Assembly (NCBI GenBank): GCA_900316005.1 | Contig: ONBH01000015.1 | Span: 1-24,000 of the forward strand | Reading direction: 5' to 3' | DNA: 24,000 nt | Origin: an uncultured Bacteroidales bacterium | GTDB lineage: Bacteria > Bacteroidota > Bacteroidia > Bacteroidales > Paludibacteraceae | Part shown: positions 1 through 7,714 of the stretch, one piece after another | Position numbering within the stretch: the stretch's first letter is position 1 | Layout of the letters: each line of letters starts with the position of its first letter | The notes under the pieces: generated by a model | Databases searched by the model: none | What the model was told of the DNA's origin: nothing | What the model saw: the letters and a program-made list of their open reading frames with translations, nothing else | Translations under genes and position numbers: made by a program

Positions 1-468
1 TGGGAAGAGTTCTCAAAGGTTGCCGAAGAAGGCCAAATCGTCATGAACGAACTGCTCGCCCTCGTGGACGAAGATACCGCTTCATTCAACAAGATCATGG
101 ATGTATTCGCCATGCCGAAAGGCACCGACGAGGAGAAAGCCGCCCGCGCCGAAGCCATGGAGGCCGCCACACTCTACGCTACCCAAGTGCCCTTGCGCAC
201 GATGAAGGCCGCCATGCGCGCCATGCCCGTCATCCGTGCCATGGCCGAGAAAGGTAACCCCGCCAGCGCCAGCGATGCCGGCGTAGGTGCTCTCGCAGCC
301 CGCGCTGCTGTCCGTGGCGCAGACATGAACGTCCGCATCAATGCCGCCGGACTCAAAGACCGCGCTACTGCTGAACGCCTCATTGCCGAAGCCGCCGAAC
401 TCGTCCGCCAAGCCGAACAAGCCGAAACGGAGATCCTCAACTTCGTCAACGCGAACATCAATAAGTAA
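1..468 (+). CDS. Cyclodeaminase/cyclohydrolase family protein (FTCD C-terminal-like formimino-THF cyclodeaminase), 5' end cut by the window edge
   Basis: Frame 1 is open from base 1 (WEEFSKVAEEGQIV precedes the listed Met at 43). The sequence is Ala-rich and helical: DEDTASFNKIM..MPKGTDEEKAARAEAMEAA..VPL..GNPASASDAGVGALAARAAVRGADMNVRIN. This fits the FTCD_C cyclodeaminase family as I remember it. It sits in a hut gene context. Confidence 0.8.
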   Translation, partial: WEEFSKVAEEGQIVMNELLALVDEDTASFNKIMDVFAMPKGTDEEKAARAEAMEAATLYATQVPLRTMKAAMRAMPVIRAMAEKGNPASASDAGVGALAARAAVRGADMNVRINAAGLKDRATAERLIAEAAELVRQAEQAETEILNFVNANINK

Positions 469-483
469 CACCTTATTATAATA

Positions 484-1512
484 ATGACTCCTGCCGACAG
501 ACAAGCATTATTCCTGCTCTACGACGCACCCGACTGCACCGCACAGGTGCAAGTCGTGGTGCGCGATGAGACGATCTGGATGACACAGAAAGCAATGGCA
601 ACTTTGTTTGATGTGGATAAGTCATCCATTAGTAGACATCTCAAGAATATTTTTGAGACTGGAGAGTTGGACGAAAAAGTGGTTGTTGCAAAAAGTGAAA
701 CAACCACTCAACACGGCGCTATTGCTGGGAAAACGCAGAATATTGAGACGAATTTCTACAACCTTGATGCCATCATCTCTGTCGGCTATCGGGTCAACTC
801 CACCCGCGCAACGCGTTTCCGTCAGTGGGCTACCAAGATCCTGAACGAATATATCCGCAAGGGCTTTGTCTTGGACGATGAGCGTCTCAAACAAGGCAAG
901 GCCATTTTCGGCAAGGATTATTTCCGCGAACTCCTGGAACGCGTTCGCTCTATCCGCGCCAGCGAACGACGTATTTGGCAACAAATCACGGACATCTACG
1001 CCGAGTGCAGTATCGACTACGACCCGAAAGCACTTACTACGCGCGAGTTCTATGCCATGGTACAGAACCGCTTCCATTATGCCATTACCGGTCAAACGGC
1101 GGCAGAGATCATCTACACGCACGCCGACCACACCCAAGAACATATGGGACTCAAAACTTGGAAGAACTCGCCCGACGGACGTATCTTGAAATCGGATGTC
1201 ACCGTCGCCAAGAATTATCTGGACGAGAAACAGATTCGCCAACTGGAGCGCACCGTTACTGGCTATTTCGACTACATTGAAGACCTCATCGAACGCGAGA
1301 ACACCTTTAACATGGAGCAGTTTGCCTCCAGCGTAAACGAGTTCCTCTCCTTCCGCCGCTACAATATCCTGCCGGACAAAGGCCGTATCTCCAAAGCCCA
1401 AGCCGACACCAAAGCCGAAGCCGAGTACGACATCTTCAACCGCACCCAACCCATCACCTCCGACTTCGACAAAGAAATAAAACGAATGATCGAACAAGAA
1501 GGGAAATTGTAA
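484..1512 (+). CDS. RhuM-family protein (COG3943 / Virulence_RhuM-like), N-terminal HTH-like region
   Basis: 342-aa ORF with an ATG start. It carries blocks I recognise as RhuM-family: WMTQKAMATLFDVDKSSISRHLKNIF (HTH-like), YNLDAIISVGYRVNSTRATRFRQWATKILNEYIRKGF, RIWQQITDIY and FHYAITGQTAAEII. It starts only 15 nt after the cyclodeaminase stop. Confidence 0.8.
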   Translation: MTPADRQALFLLYDAPDCTAQVQVVVRDETIWMTQKAMATLFDVDKSSISRHLKNIFETGELDEKVVVAKSETTTQHGAIAGKTQNIETNFYNLDAIISVGYRVNSTRATRFRQWATKILNEYIRKGFVLDDERLKQGKAIFGKDYFRELLERVRSIRASERRIWQQITDIYAECSIDYDPKALTTREFYAMVQNRFHYAITGQTAAEIIYTHADHTQEHMGLKTWKNSPDGRILKSDVTVAKNYLDEKQIRQLERTVTGYFDYIEDLIERENTFNMEQFASSVNEFLSFRRYNILPDKGRISKAQADTKAEAEYDIFNRTQPITSDFDKEIKRMIEQEGKL

Positions 1513-1577
1513 GTACTCAAATATTTTGACAAAAATATTAACACAACATTAGATAAAGACTAGCATCGAGTCTCACT

Positions 1578-1621
1578 CGGCAAAAAGACGGCAAAAAGAT
1601 GGCAACGACACGGCATCGACG
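1578..1621. repeat. Four tandem 11-bp units (CGGCAAAAAGA, CGGCAAAAAGA, TGGCAACGACA, CGGCATCGACG)
   Basis: Read directly from the sequence. The first two units are identical and the last two are degenerate but keep the GGCA phase. They lie in the 163-nt gap between rhuM and the 115-aa ORF. Confidence 0.75.
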
Positions 1622-1675
1622 GCTAATGTCTTACCGAGGTCGAAATAAGAAACAACTAAAAACACAACCCTAAAA

Positions 1676-2023
1676 ATGGCAAAGGCTGACTTAAATGTAT
1701 CCTTGGACAAATTGTCCGGCAAAATATATGGTGATAGCGATGTGTACATTGCTCATCGATACGGCAAAACAGTCGTAAGCCACTACCCGCGCTTTCGGGA
1801 TGTGTCCAAGTTCACGCCGCGACAACGTGAACTCAACTCCTCCTTTGCCCAACGATCCAAGCAAGCCAAACTCGAACTTGCTGACCCCGCCCGGCACGAC
1901 TATTGGCAACAACGCTACAATGACTACAAAGCACTGGCCAAACCCTCCGACAAATACTATTTCACGCTCCGCGGATTCGTAATCGCCCATTTGGCAAAAG
2001 AAAATCAACAAGTAAATCCATAA
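1676..2023 (+). CDS. Hypothetical basic, Tyr-rich 115-aa protein, no recognised family
   Basis: ATG start, clean ORF, no signal peptide and a net positive charge by hand count. The stop is 13 nt before the hutU ATG, so it is probably co-transcribed with hutU. The antisense ORF 1691..2038 is its shadow. Confidence 0.55.
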   Translation: MAKADLNVSLDKLSGKIYGDSDVYIAHRYGKTVVSHYPRFRDVSKFTPRQRELNSSFAQRSKQAKLELADPARHDYWQQRYNDYKALAKPSDKYYFTLRGFVIAHLAKENQQVNP

Positions 2024-2036
2024 AAAACTATATATC

Positions 2037-4058
2037 ATGAACGCATTTCAACAAGAGATTTTGGCAGGTATTCCTGCCGAATTGCCGGAAGTCAAACCTT
2101 ACGACCCGGCTATTAACCATGCGCCTAAGCGCAAAGACATCCTCACCGACGAGGAGAAAGTGCTCGCCCTGAAGAACGCCCTGCGTTACTTCGACCCCAA
2201 GCACCATGCCGTTCTCGCGCCCGAGTTTGCCGAAGAACTGCGTAAGTACGGACGCATCTATATGTACCGCTTCCGCCCGTCGTACGAGATGTATGCCCGC
2301 CCGATAGACGAATACCCCGCTAAATCGCGTCAGGCAGCTGCCATCATGGCGATGATACAGAACAACCTCGACCCGCGCGTAGCGCAACATCCGCACGAAT
2401 TAATTATCTATGGTGGTAATGGTGCCATCTTCCAGAACTGGGCTCAATACCGCCTGACGATGCAATACCTGGCTACGATGACCGACGAGCAGACCCTCGC
2501 GATGTATTCCGGTCTGCCCATGGGACTCTTCCCCAGCCACAAAGACGCGCCGCGCGTCGTGGTAACCAACGGCATGGTCATCCCCAACTACTCCAGCCAG
2601 GACCACTGGGAGCGCTTCAATGCCCTCGGCGTGTCGCAATACGGCCAGATGACCGCCGGTTCCTACATGTACATTGGTCCCCAAGGCATCGTTCACGGTA
2701 CGACCATCACGGTGATGAACGCCGCCCGCAAACAGCTGCGCAAACGCGGCCTCAGCGGTAGCCTGGAGGAGCGGAAAGGTATGCTCTTTGTAACAGCTGG
2801 ACTGGGTGGTATGTCGGGTGCTCAACCCAAGGCCGGTAACATCGCCGGCGTGGTAAGCGTAACGGCCGAAATCAATCCGCTGGCAGCCGAGAAACGCCAC
2901 GAGCAAGGTTGGGTGGACGAACTGCACTACGACCTCGACGAGCTCATCGCCCGTATCCGCAAGGCGCAAGCTGCCAAGGAAATCGTCTCGCTGGCTTATG
3001 TCGGCAATATTGTGGATCTCTGGGAGCGTCTCGCCGACGAGAACTACCCCGTGGATCTCGGTTCCGACCAGACCTCGCTGCATAACCCCTGGGCAGGCGG
3101 TTACTACCCCGTAGGTTACAGCCTCGAGGAATCGAAGAAGATGATGGCAGAAGAACCCGAACGATTCAAGGAAGCCGTGCGCGCATCCCTGCGTCGCCAT
3201 GTGGCAGCTATCAACCGCCTCAGCGACCGCGGTATGTATTTCTTCGACTACGGTAACGCCTTCCTGCTGGAAAGCTCACGCGCCGGAGCAGACGTCATGA
3301 AGCAAGACGGCACCTTCCGCTATCCCTCATACGTACAGGATATCATGGGGCCCATGTTCTTCGACTACGGCTTTGGTCCCTTCCGCTGGGTATGCATGTC
3401 TGAGGACCCGAAAGACCTGCAGAAATCGGACGAACTGGCCGTCAAAGTCCTCAGCGAAATCGTCAAGGATGCACCCGAAGAGATTCAGGGCCAGATGCAC
3501 GATAATATCCACTGGATCGAAGAAGCCGGACGCAACAAACTGGTGGTCGGTTCACAGGCTCGAATCCTCTACGCCGACTGCGAAGGCCGCACCAAGATTG
3601 CGCTTGCCTTCAACGATGCCATCCGTCGCGGCGAAATAACCGCTCCCATAGTATTGGGACGCGACCACCACGATGTATCCGGTACCGATTCGCCCTTCCG
3701 CGAGACAAGCAACATCTACGACGGCAGTCAGTTTACCGCGGATATGGCGATTCAGAATGTGATTGGCGATGGTTTCCGCGGCGCCACATGGGTCAGCATC
3801 CACAACGGCGGCGGCGTCGGTTGGGGCGAAGTCATCAACGGCGGTTTCGGTATGGTCATCGACGGTAGCGAAGACAGCGAACGACATATCAAGAACATGC
3901 TCTTCTGGGACGTGAACAATGGTATCGCACGCCGCAGCTGGGCTCGCAACGAAGGTGCCAACCACGCTATCCTCCGCGAGATGAATCGCACACCCGAACT
4001 GCGCGTCACCATCCCCAATATGGCAGATGATGCCCTCGTGCGCAATGCACTAAAATAA
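2037..4058 (+). CDS. hutU: Urocanate hydratase (urocanase), long ~670-aa form
   Basis: 673 aa. Contains the GLGGMSGAQPKA NAD-site block, GSDQTSLHNP, RDHHDVSGTDSPFRETSN and WVSIHNGGGVGWGE, all typical of urocanase. The N-terminal extension includes ALKNALRYF. Confidence 0.95.
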   Translation: MNAFQQEILAGIPAELPEVKPYDPAINHAPKRKDILTDEEKVLALKNALRYFDPKHHAVLAPEFAEELRKYGRIYMYRFRPSYEMYARPIDEYPAKSRQAAAIMAMIQNNLDPRVAQHPHELIIYGGNGAIFQNWAQYRLTMQYLATMTDEQTLAMYSGLPMGLFPSHKDAPRVVVTNGMVIPNYSSQDHWERFNALGVSQYGQMTAGSYMYIGPQGIVHGTTITVMNAARKQLRKRGLSGSLEERKGMLFVTAGLGGMSGAQPKAGNIAGVVSVTAEINPLAAEKRHEQGWVDELHYDLDELIARIRKAQAAKEIVSLAYVGNIVDLWERLADENYPVDLGSDQTSLHNPWAGGYYPVGYSLEESKKMMAEEPERFKEAVRASLRRHVAAINRLSDRGMYFFDYGNAFLLESSRAGADVMKQDGTFRYPSYVQDIMGPMFFDYGFGPFRWVCMSEDPKDLQKSDELAVKVLSEIVKDAPEEIQGQMHDNIHWIEEAGRNKLVVGSQARILYADCEGRTKIALAFNDAIRRGEITAPIVLGRDHHDVSGTDSPFRETSNIYDGSQFTADMAIQNVIGDGFRGATWVSIHNGGGVGWGEVINGGFGMVIDGSEDSERHIKNMLFWDVNNGIARRSWARNEGANHAILREMNRTPELRVTIPNMADDALVRNALK

Positions 4059-4060
4059 TT

Positions 4061-4088
4061 TTAAATCTTAAATCTTAAATTTTAAATT
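4061..4088. repeat. AT-rich tandem 7-mer (TTAAATC x2, TTAAATT x2) followed by an A-tract, in the hutU-hutH spacer
   Basis: Read directly from the sequence. It occupies most of the 46-nt spacer before the hutH ATG at 4105. Confidence 0.6.
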
Positions 4089-4104
4089 TAAAAAAAATTT
4101 AACC

Positions 4105-5589
4105 ATGCATACAATAAGCCATGAAAGACTGACGATTGAACGCGTCAAAGAAATACTCGATAACCACGAACAACTGCAACTCGGCGACGAAGCCATCGCT
4201 GCTATCGAGAAATGCCGTAAGTACCTGGACAGCAAGATGGGCGACATTGGTCGTCCCGTCTATGGCGTTACCACCGGTTTCGGTTCGCTGTGTAACATAT
4301 CCATTCCCGCCGAGGAATTGAGTCAGTTGCAGCACAACCTCGTTATGTCGCATGCCTGCGGCATGGGCGAAGAGGTTCGGCCCGAGATTGTTAAAATCAT
4401 GCTCCTGCTCAAGGCTCAGTCACTCAGCTACGGGCACTCCGGCTCGCAGTTAGTGACCGTACAACGCCTCATCGATATGTTCAACAACGACATCCTTCCC
4501 GTTGTTTACCAACAAGGCTCCCTGGGCGCCTCGGGCGACCTGGCTCCGCTGGCACACCTCAGCCTGCCGCTCATCGGCATGGGCGAAGTGTACTACAAAG
4601 GGCAGCGCCGCAAAAGCGAGGATGTATGGAAAGAAATGGGTTGGGAACCCATCTGCCTGCAGTCCAAGGAAGGTCTGGCGCTGCTGAACGGCACGCAGTT
4701 CATGTCGGCAAATGCTGTCTGGTCGCTGATTCAGGCGGAACGACTCAGCAAATGGGCAGATATGATTGGTGCTATCTCGCTGGAGGCATTCGACGGACGT
4801 ATTGAGCCCTTCTATCCCCATAGCCATCGTCTGCGCGCACAGCCCGGACAACTTGTGACAGCCAATCGTTTTGCCGAACTGTTAGAAGGCAGCGAACTCA
4901 TCACCCGCAAGAAAGAGCACGTACAAGACCCCTACTCCTTCCGCTGCATCCCACAGGTTCACGGAGCCGTCAAGGACACCATTGCACATGTGCATGGCGT
5001 CATTGAAAACGAGATTAACTCCGCTACCGATAACCCCAACATCTTCCCCGACGAAGATATGATTATCTCTGCCGGTAACTTCCACGGCGAACCCATCGCC
5101 ATCCCCATGGATATGTTGGCTATCGGCCTCAATGAGCTCGCCTCCATCTCCGAAAGACGTATCTACAAACTCATCTCCGGTCAACGCAACCTGCCCTCGT
5201 TCCTGGTAGCCAAGCCCGGTCTGAACAGCGGTTTCATGATTCCGCAGTACACCGCCGCCAGCATCGTAAGCCAGTCCAAGGGACTCTGCTGGCCCGCTTC
5301 CTGTGACTCCATTCCTTCATCTCAGGGACAGGAAGACCACGTATCGATGGGTGCCAACGCTGCCACCAAACTGGTTCGGCTGGTTGAGAACACCGAGTCT
5401 GTATTGGGTATCGAACTGATGAATGCCGTTCAGGCACTCGAGTTCCGCCGCCCCGCCAAGTCATCACCTAAACTGGAGAAGATCGTTGCAGAGTACCGCA
5501 AGGTGGTTCCCTTTATCTATGTCGATCGTTATATGCACCCCCTGATGGTGGCAAGTAAAGAGTTTATCCGCCGTGAAGACCTGTATTAA
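4105..5589 (+). CDS. hutH: Histidine ammonia-lyase
   Basis: 494 aa. Has the MIO-forming Ala-Ser-Gly triad in GSLGASGDLAPLAHL. GFGSL, NGTQFM and SQGQEDHVSMG are also typical of HAL/PAL-family lyases. Confidence 0.95.
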   Translation: MHTISHERLTIERVKEILDNHEQLQLGDEAIAAIEKCRKYLDSKMGDIGRPVYGVTTGFGSLCNISIPAEELSQLQHNLVMSHACGMGEEVRPEIVKIMLLLKAQSLSYGHSGSQLVTVQRLIDMFNNDILPVVYQQGSLGASGDLAPLAHLSLPLIGMGEVYYKGQRRKSEDVWKEMGWEPICLQSKEGLALLNGTQFMSANAVWSLIQAERLSKWADMIGAISLEAFDGRIEPFYPHSHRLRAQPGQLVTANRFAELLEGSELITRKKEHVQDPYSFRCIPQVHGAVKDTIAHVHGVIENEINSATDNPNIFPDEDMIISAGNFHGEPIAIPMDMLAIGLNELASISERRIYKLISGQRNLPSFLVAKPGLNSGFMIPQYTAASIVSQSKGLCWPASCDSIPSSQGQEDHVSMGANAATKLVRLVENTESVLGIELMNAVQALEFRRPAKSSPKLEKIVAEYRKVVPFIYVDRYMHPLMVASKEFIRREDLY

Positions 5590-6805
5590 GAATATCCGCG
5601 AGATCGTCGGTATCGTTCCTCAAGGCATCCTGCGCAAGCAGGGTGCTGAGATGAACGAGACCGGTACGCTCAGCAACGCCTGGCTCCTCATTGACGCAGA
5701 CCGTATCGCCGCCTTTGGTACCATGGACCGGATGCCCCAAGATGCCGACGAGTATCTCGATGCCGAGGGCGGACTGGTGATGCCGTCGTTCTGCGACTCA
5801 CATACCCATATTGTGTATGCCGGCTCGCGCGAAGGTGAGTTTCTCGATAAAATCAATGGCCTTTCGTACGAAGAAATCGCTCGCCGAGGTGGCGGTATTC
5901 TGAACTCCTCCGACCGACTGCACGAGACCGACGAGGACGAACTATACCGCCAATCCATGCAGCGCGTCAACGAGATGATTGCCAAAGGAAGCGGCGCCAT
6001 TGAGATCAAGAGCGGTTACGGCTTACGTACCGAGGACGAGCTGAAGATGCTACGCGTCATTCGGCGTATCCGGGAGAATAGCCCCGCACTCGTCCGCGCA
6101 ACTTTCCTCGGTGCACATGCTATCGGACGCGGGTACGAACATGAGCAATACGTCCGTTTGGTCTGCGATGAGATGATTCCGCAGGTCGCCCAAGAACAAC
6201 TGGCCGACTTCGTGGACGTCTTCTGCGACGAGGGATTCTTCACCGTTGAGGACACCGACCGTATCCTTACAGCCGGCGCGAAATACGGACTTAGACCCAA
6301 GATTCACGCCAACGAACTGGCGGTCAGCGGCGGCGTACAGATAGGCGTGCAGCATAAGGCACTCAGTGTGGACCACCTCGAAAAGACCACCGACAACGAG
6401 ATTGAAGCCCTCTTAGGCTCCGATACCATGCCCACGATGCTGCCCGGCTCGTCATTCTTCCTGGGTCTGCCATACGGCAGAGCCAAAGAGTTCATCACAG
6501 CCGGACTGGGCGTAGCACTCGCCAGCGACTACAACCCGGGCTCGTCGCCCAGCGGAGATATGCGTTTTGTCATGGCGATGGGATGCATACGCATGCGACT
6601 CACCACCATACAGGCACTCAATGCCGTAACCCTCAACTCCGCCTATGCCATGGGCGTGAGCGATGAGGTGGGCTCAATCACCGTCGGCAAACGCGCCAAC
6701 ATCATCGTGACAAGGCCACTTGCGAACTTTACCATGATACCTTATATGTATCAGACACCCTTTATCAAACATATTTTCCTCAGCGGAAAATCTGTTTGTA
6801 ATTGA
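5573..6805 (+). CDS. hutI: Imidazolonepropionase
   Basis: 410 aa amidohydrolase with the CDSHTHIVYAGSR metal motif, KIHANEL and ASDYNPGSSP. The conserved N-terminal block IKNIREIVG lies upstream of the first in-frame ATG (5651). The GTG at 5573 is therefore the likely start, giving a 17-nt overlap with hutH. Confidence 0.9.
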   Translation: MKTCIKNIREIVGIVPQGILRKQGAEMNETGTLSNAWLLIDADRIAAFGTMDRMPQDADEYLDAEGGLVMPSFCDSHTHIVYAGSREGEFLDKINGLSYEEIARRGGGILNSSDRLHETDEDELYRQSMQRVNEMIAKGSGAIEIKSGYGLRTEDELKMLRVIRRIRENSPALVRATFLGAHAIGRGYEHEQYVRLVCDEMIPQVAQEQLADFVDVFCDEGFFTVEDTDRILTAGAKYGLRPKIHANELAVSGGVQIGVQHKALSVDHLEKTTDNEIEALLGSDTMPTMLPGSSFFLGLPYGRAKEFITAGLGVALASDYNPGSSPSGDMRFVMAMGCIRMRLTTIQALNAVTLNSAYAMGVSDEVGSITVGKRANIIVTRPLANFTMIPYMYQTPFIKHIFLSGKSVCN

Positions 6806-6827
6806 CAATTGATAGTTGATATTGAAT

Positions 6828-7697
6828 ATGATTTTTGACGGAAAGAAATTAGCGGAGGAAGTGAAGGCTTCGCTTCGCGACAGAATAGCTGAATTAGGCA
6901 AACAATATGGCCGAGTGCCTTGCCTCAGCGTGCTGCTGGTGGGCGATGACTACGGCAGTCAGCGCTATGTAGCCTCCTGCGAGAAAAACGCAGCACTCAT
7001 CGGTATGACCTGCCGCGTGGTGCGCATGGCGGGCGATAGTTCCGAAAACGACGTACTTCGCACGGTTGAAACGCTCAATTCAGACAGCACAGTTGATGGT
7101 ATCCTGATTCAGATGCCGCTTCCAAAACAGGTGTCACAAGCAAAGGTAGTCGCTACGCTGAACCCCGCAAAAGATGTAGACGGCGTGACAGACACCAATG
7201 TAGCGCAACTCTGGAAACAGAAACGCAGCGACTATGCTCGTTTCTGCGTGCCGTGTACACCACGTAGCGCCATGCGGATACTGGAAGCCGCGGGCGTCAA
7301 TCCTGACGGATGCAACGCCGTCGTTGTCGGACGCAGTAATATTGTAGGACTGCCCGTAACCAAACTGCTGATGAATCAGAACGCAACCGTCACCGTGGCG
7401 CACAGCCACACCAAGGACTTGCCGGCTCTCCTTCGTAGTGCCGACATCATCGTGGCGGCTATCGGTCAGCCGAAATTCATCACGGCTGAAATGGTATCGG
7501 AGGGTGCCGTCATCGTGGACGTTGGCATCAACAGCGACCCCGATACCGGCAAGATGTGCGGCGATGTGGACTTTGAACATGTAGCCGACAAGTGCAGCCT
7601 CATCACTCCCGTTCCTGGAGGTGTCGGACCGCTGACAATCTGCTCACTCATGGAGAACACCATAGACTGCTTCTTGCGCCAAAAGCAGGCAAATTGA
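6828..7697 (+). CDS. folD: Bifunctional 5,10-methylene-THF dehydrogenase / 5,10-methenyl-THF cyclohydrolase
   Basis: Has IFDGKKLAEE at the N-terminus, DGILIQMPLP, VVVGRSNIVGLPV and ITPVPGGVGPLT. The listed ORF begins at TTG 6816; I prefer ATG 6828 (MIFDGK). Confidence 0.9.
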   Translation: MIFDGKKLAEEVKASLRDRIAELGKQYGRVPCLSVLLVGDDYGSQRYVASCEKNAALIGMTCRVVRMAGDSSENDVLRTVETLNSDSTVDGILIQMPLPKQVSQAKVVATLNPAKDVDGVTDTNVAQLWKQKRSDYARFCVPCTPRSAMRILEAAGVNPDGCNAVVVGRSNIVGLPVTKLLMNQNATVTVAHSHTKDLPALLRSADIIVAAIGQPKFITAEMVSEGAVIVDVGINSDPDTGKMCGDVDFEHVADKCSLITPVPGGVGPLTICSLMENTIDCFLRQKQAN

Positions 7698-7714
7698 AAA
7701 TGGAATATTAAAAA

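Noticed and set aside
622-1497. A 291-aa ORF antisense to the RhuM-family gene. Similar long antisense or off-frame ORFs occur at 2400-3200, 8789-9382, 10207-10899, 12602-13144, 16915-18045, 16991-17704 and 22215-22853.
   Set aside because: Each lies entirely inside a gene with strong family motifs on the other strand or in another frame. Their translations are compositionally odd (runs of V/G/A/R/S/T/P, no recognisable motifs). None has a promoter box or sensible start context. They are typical shadow ORFs of genes with GC-rich third codon positions.
484-2036. Treating the rhuM plus 115-aa segment as a mobile element or defence island.
   Set aside because: The window contains no integrase, transposase, terminal inverted repeats, flanking direct repeats, or partner genes such as R-M or toxin-antitoxin. 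I report it only as a candidate insertion, not as a mobile element or a defined defence system.
6816-6827. Non-ATG starts reported by the ORF track: TTG 6816 for folD, TTG 14719 for folP and TTG 20832 for the TPR/PD40 gene.
   Set aside because: In each case an in-frame ATG lies a few codons downstream and gives an N-terminus matching the family (MIFDGK for FolD) or a cleaner signal peptide. TTG 20832 lies inside the predicted -7 promoter box.
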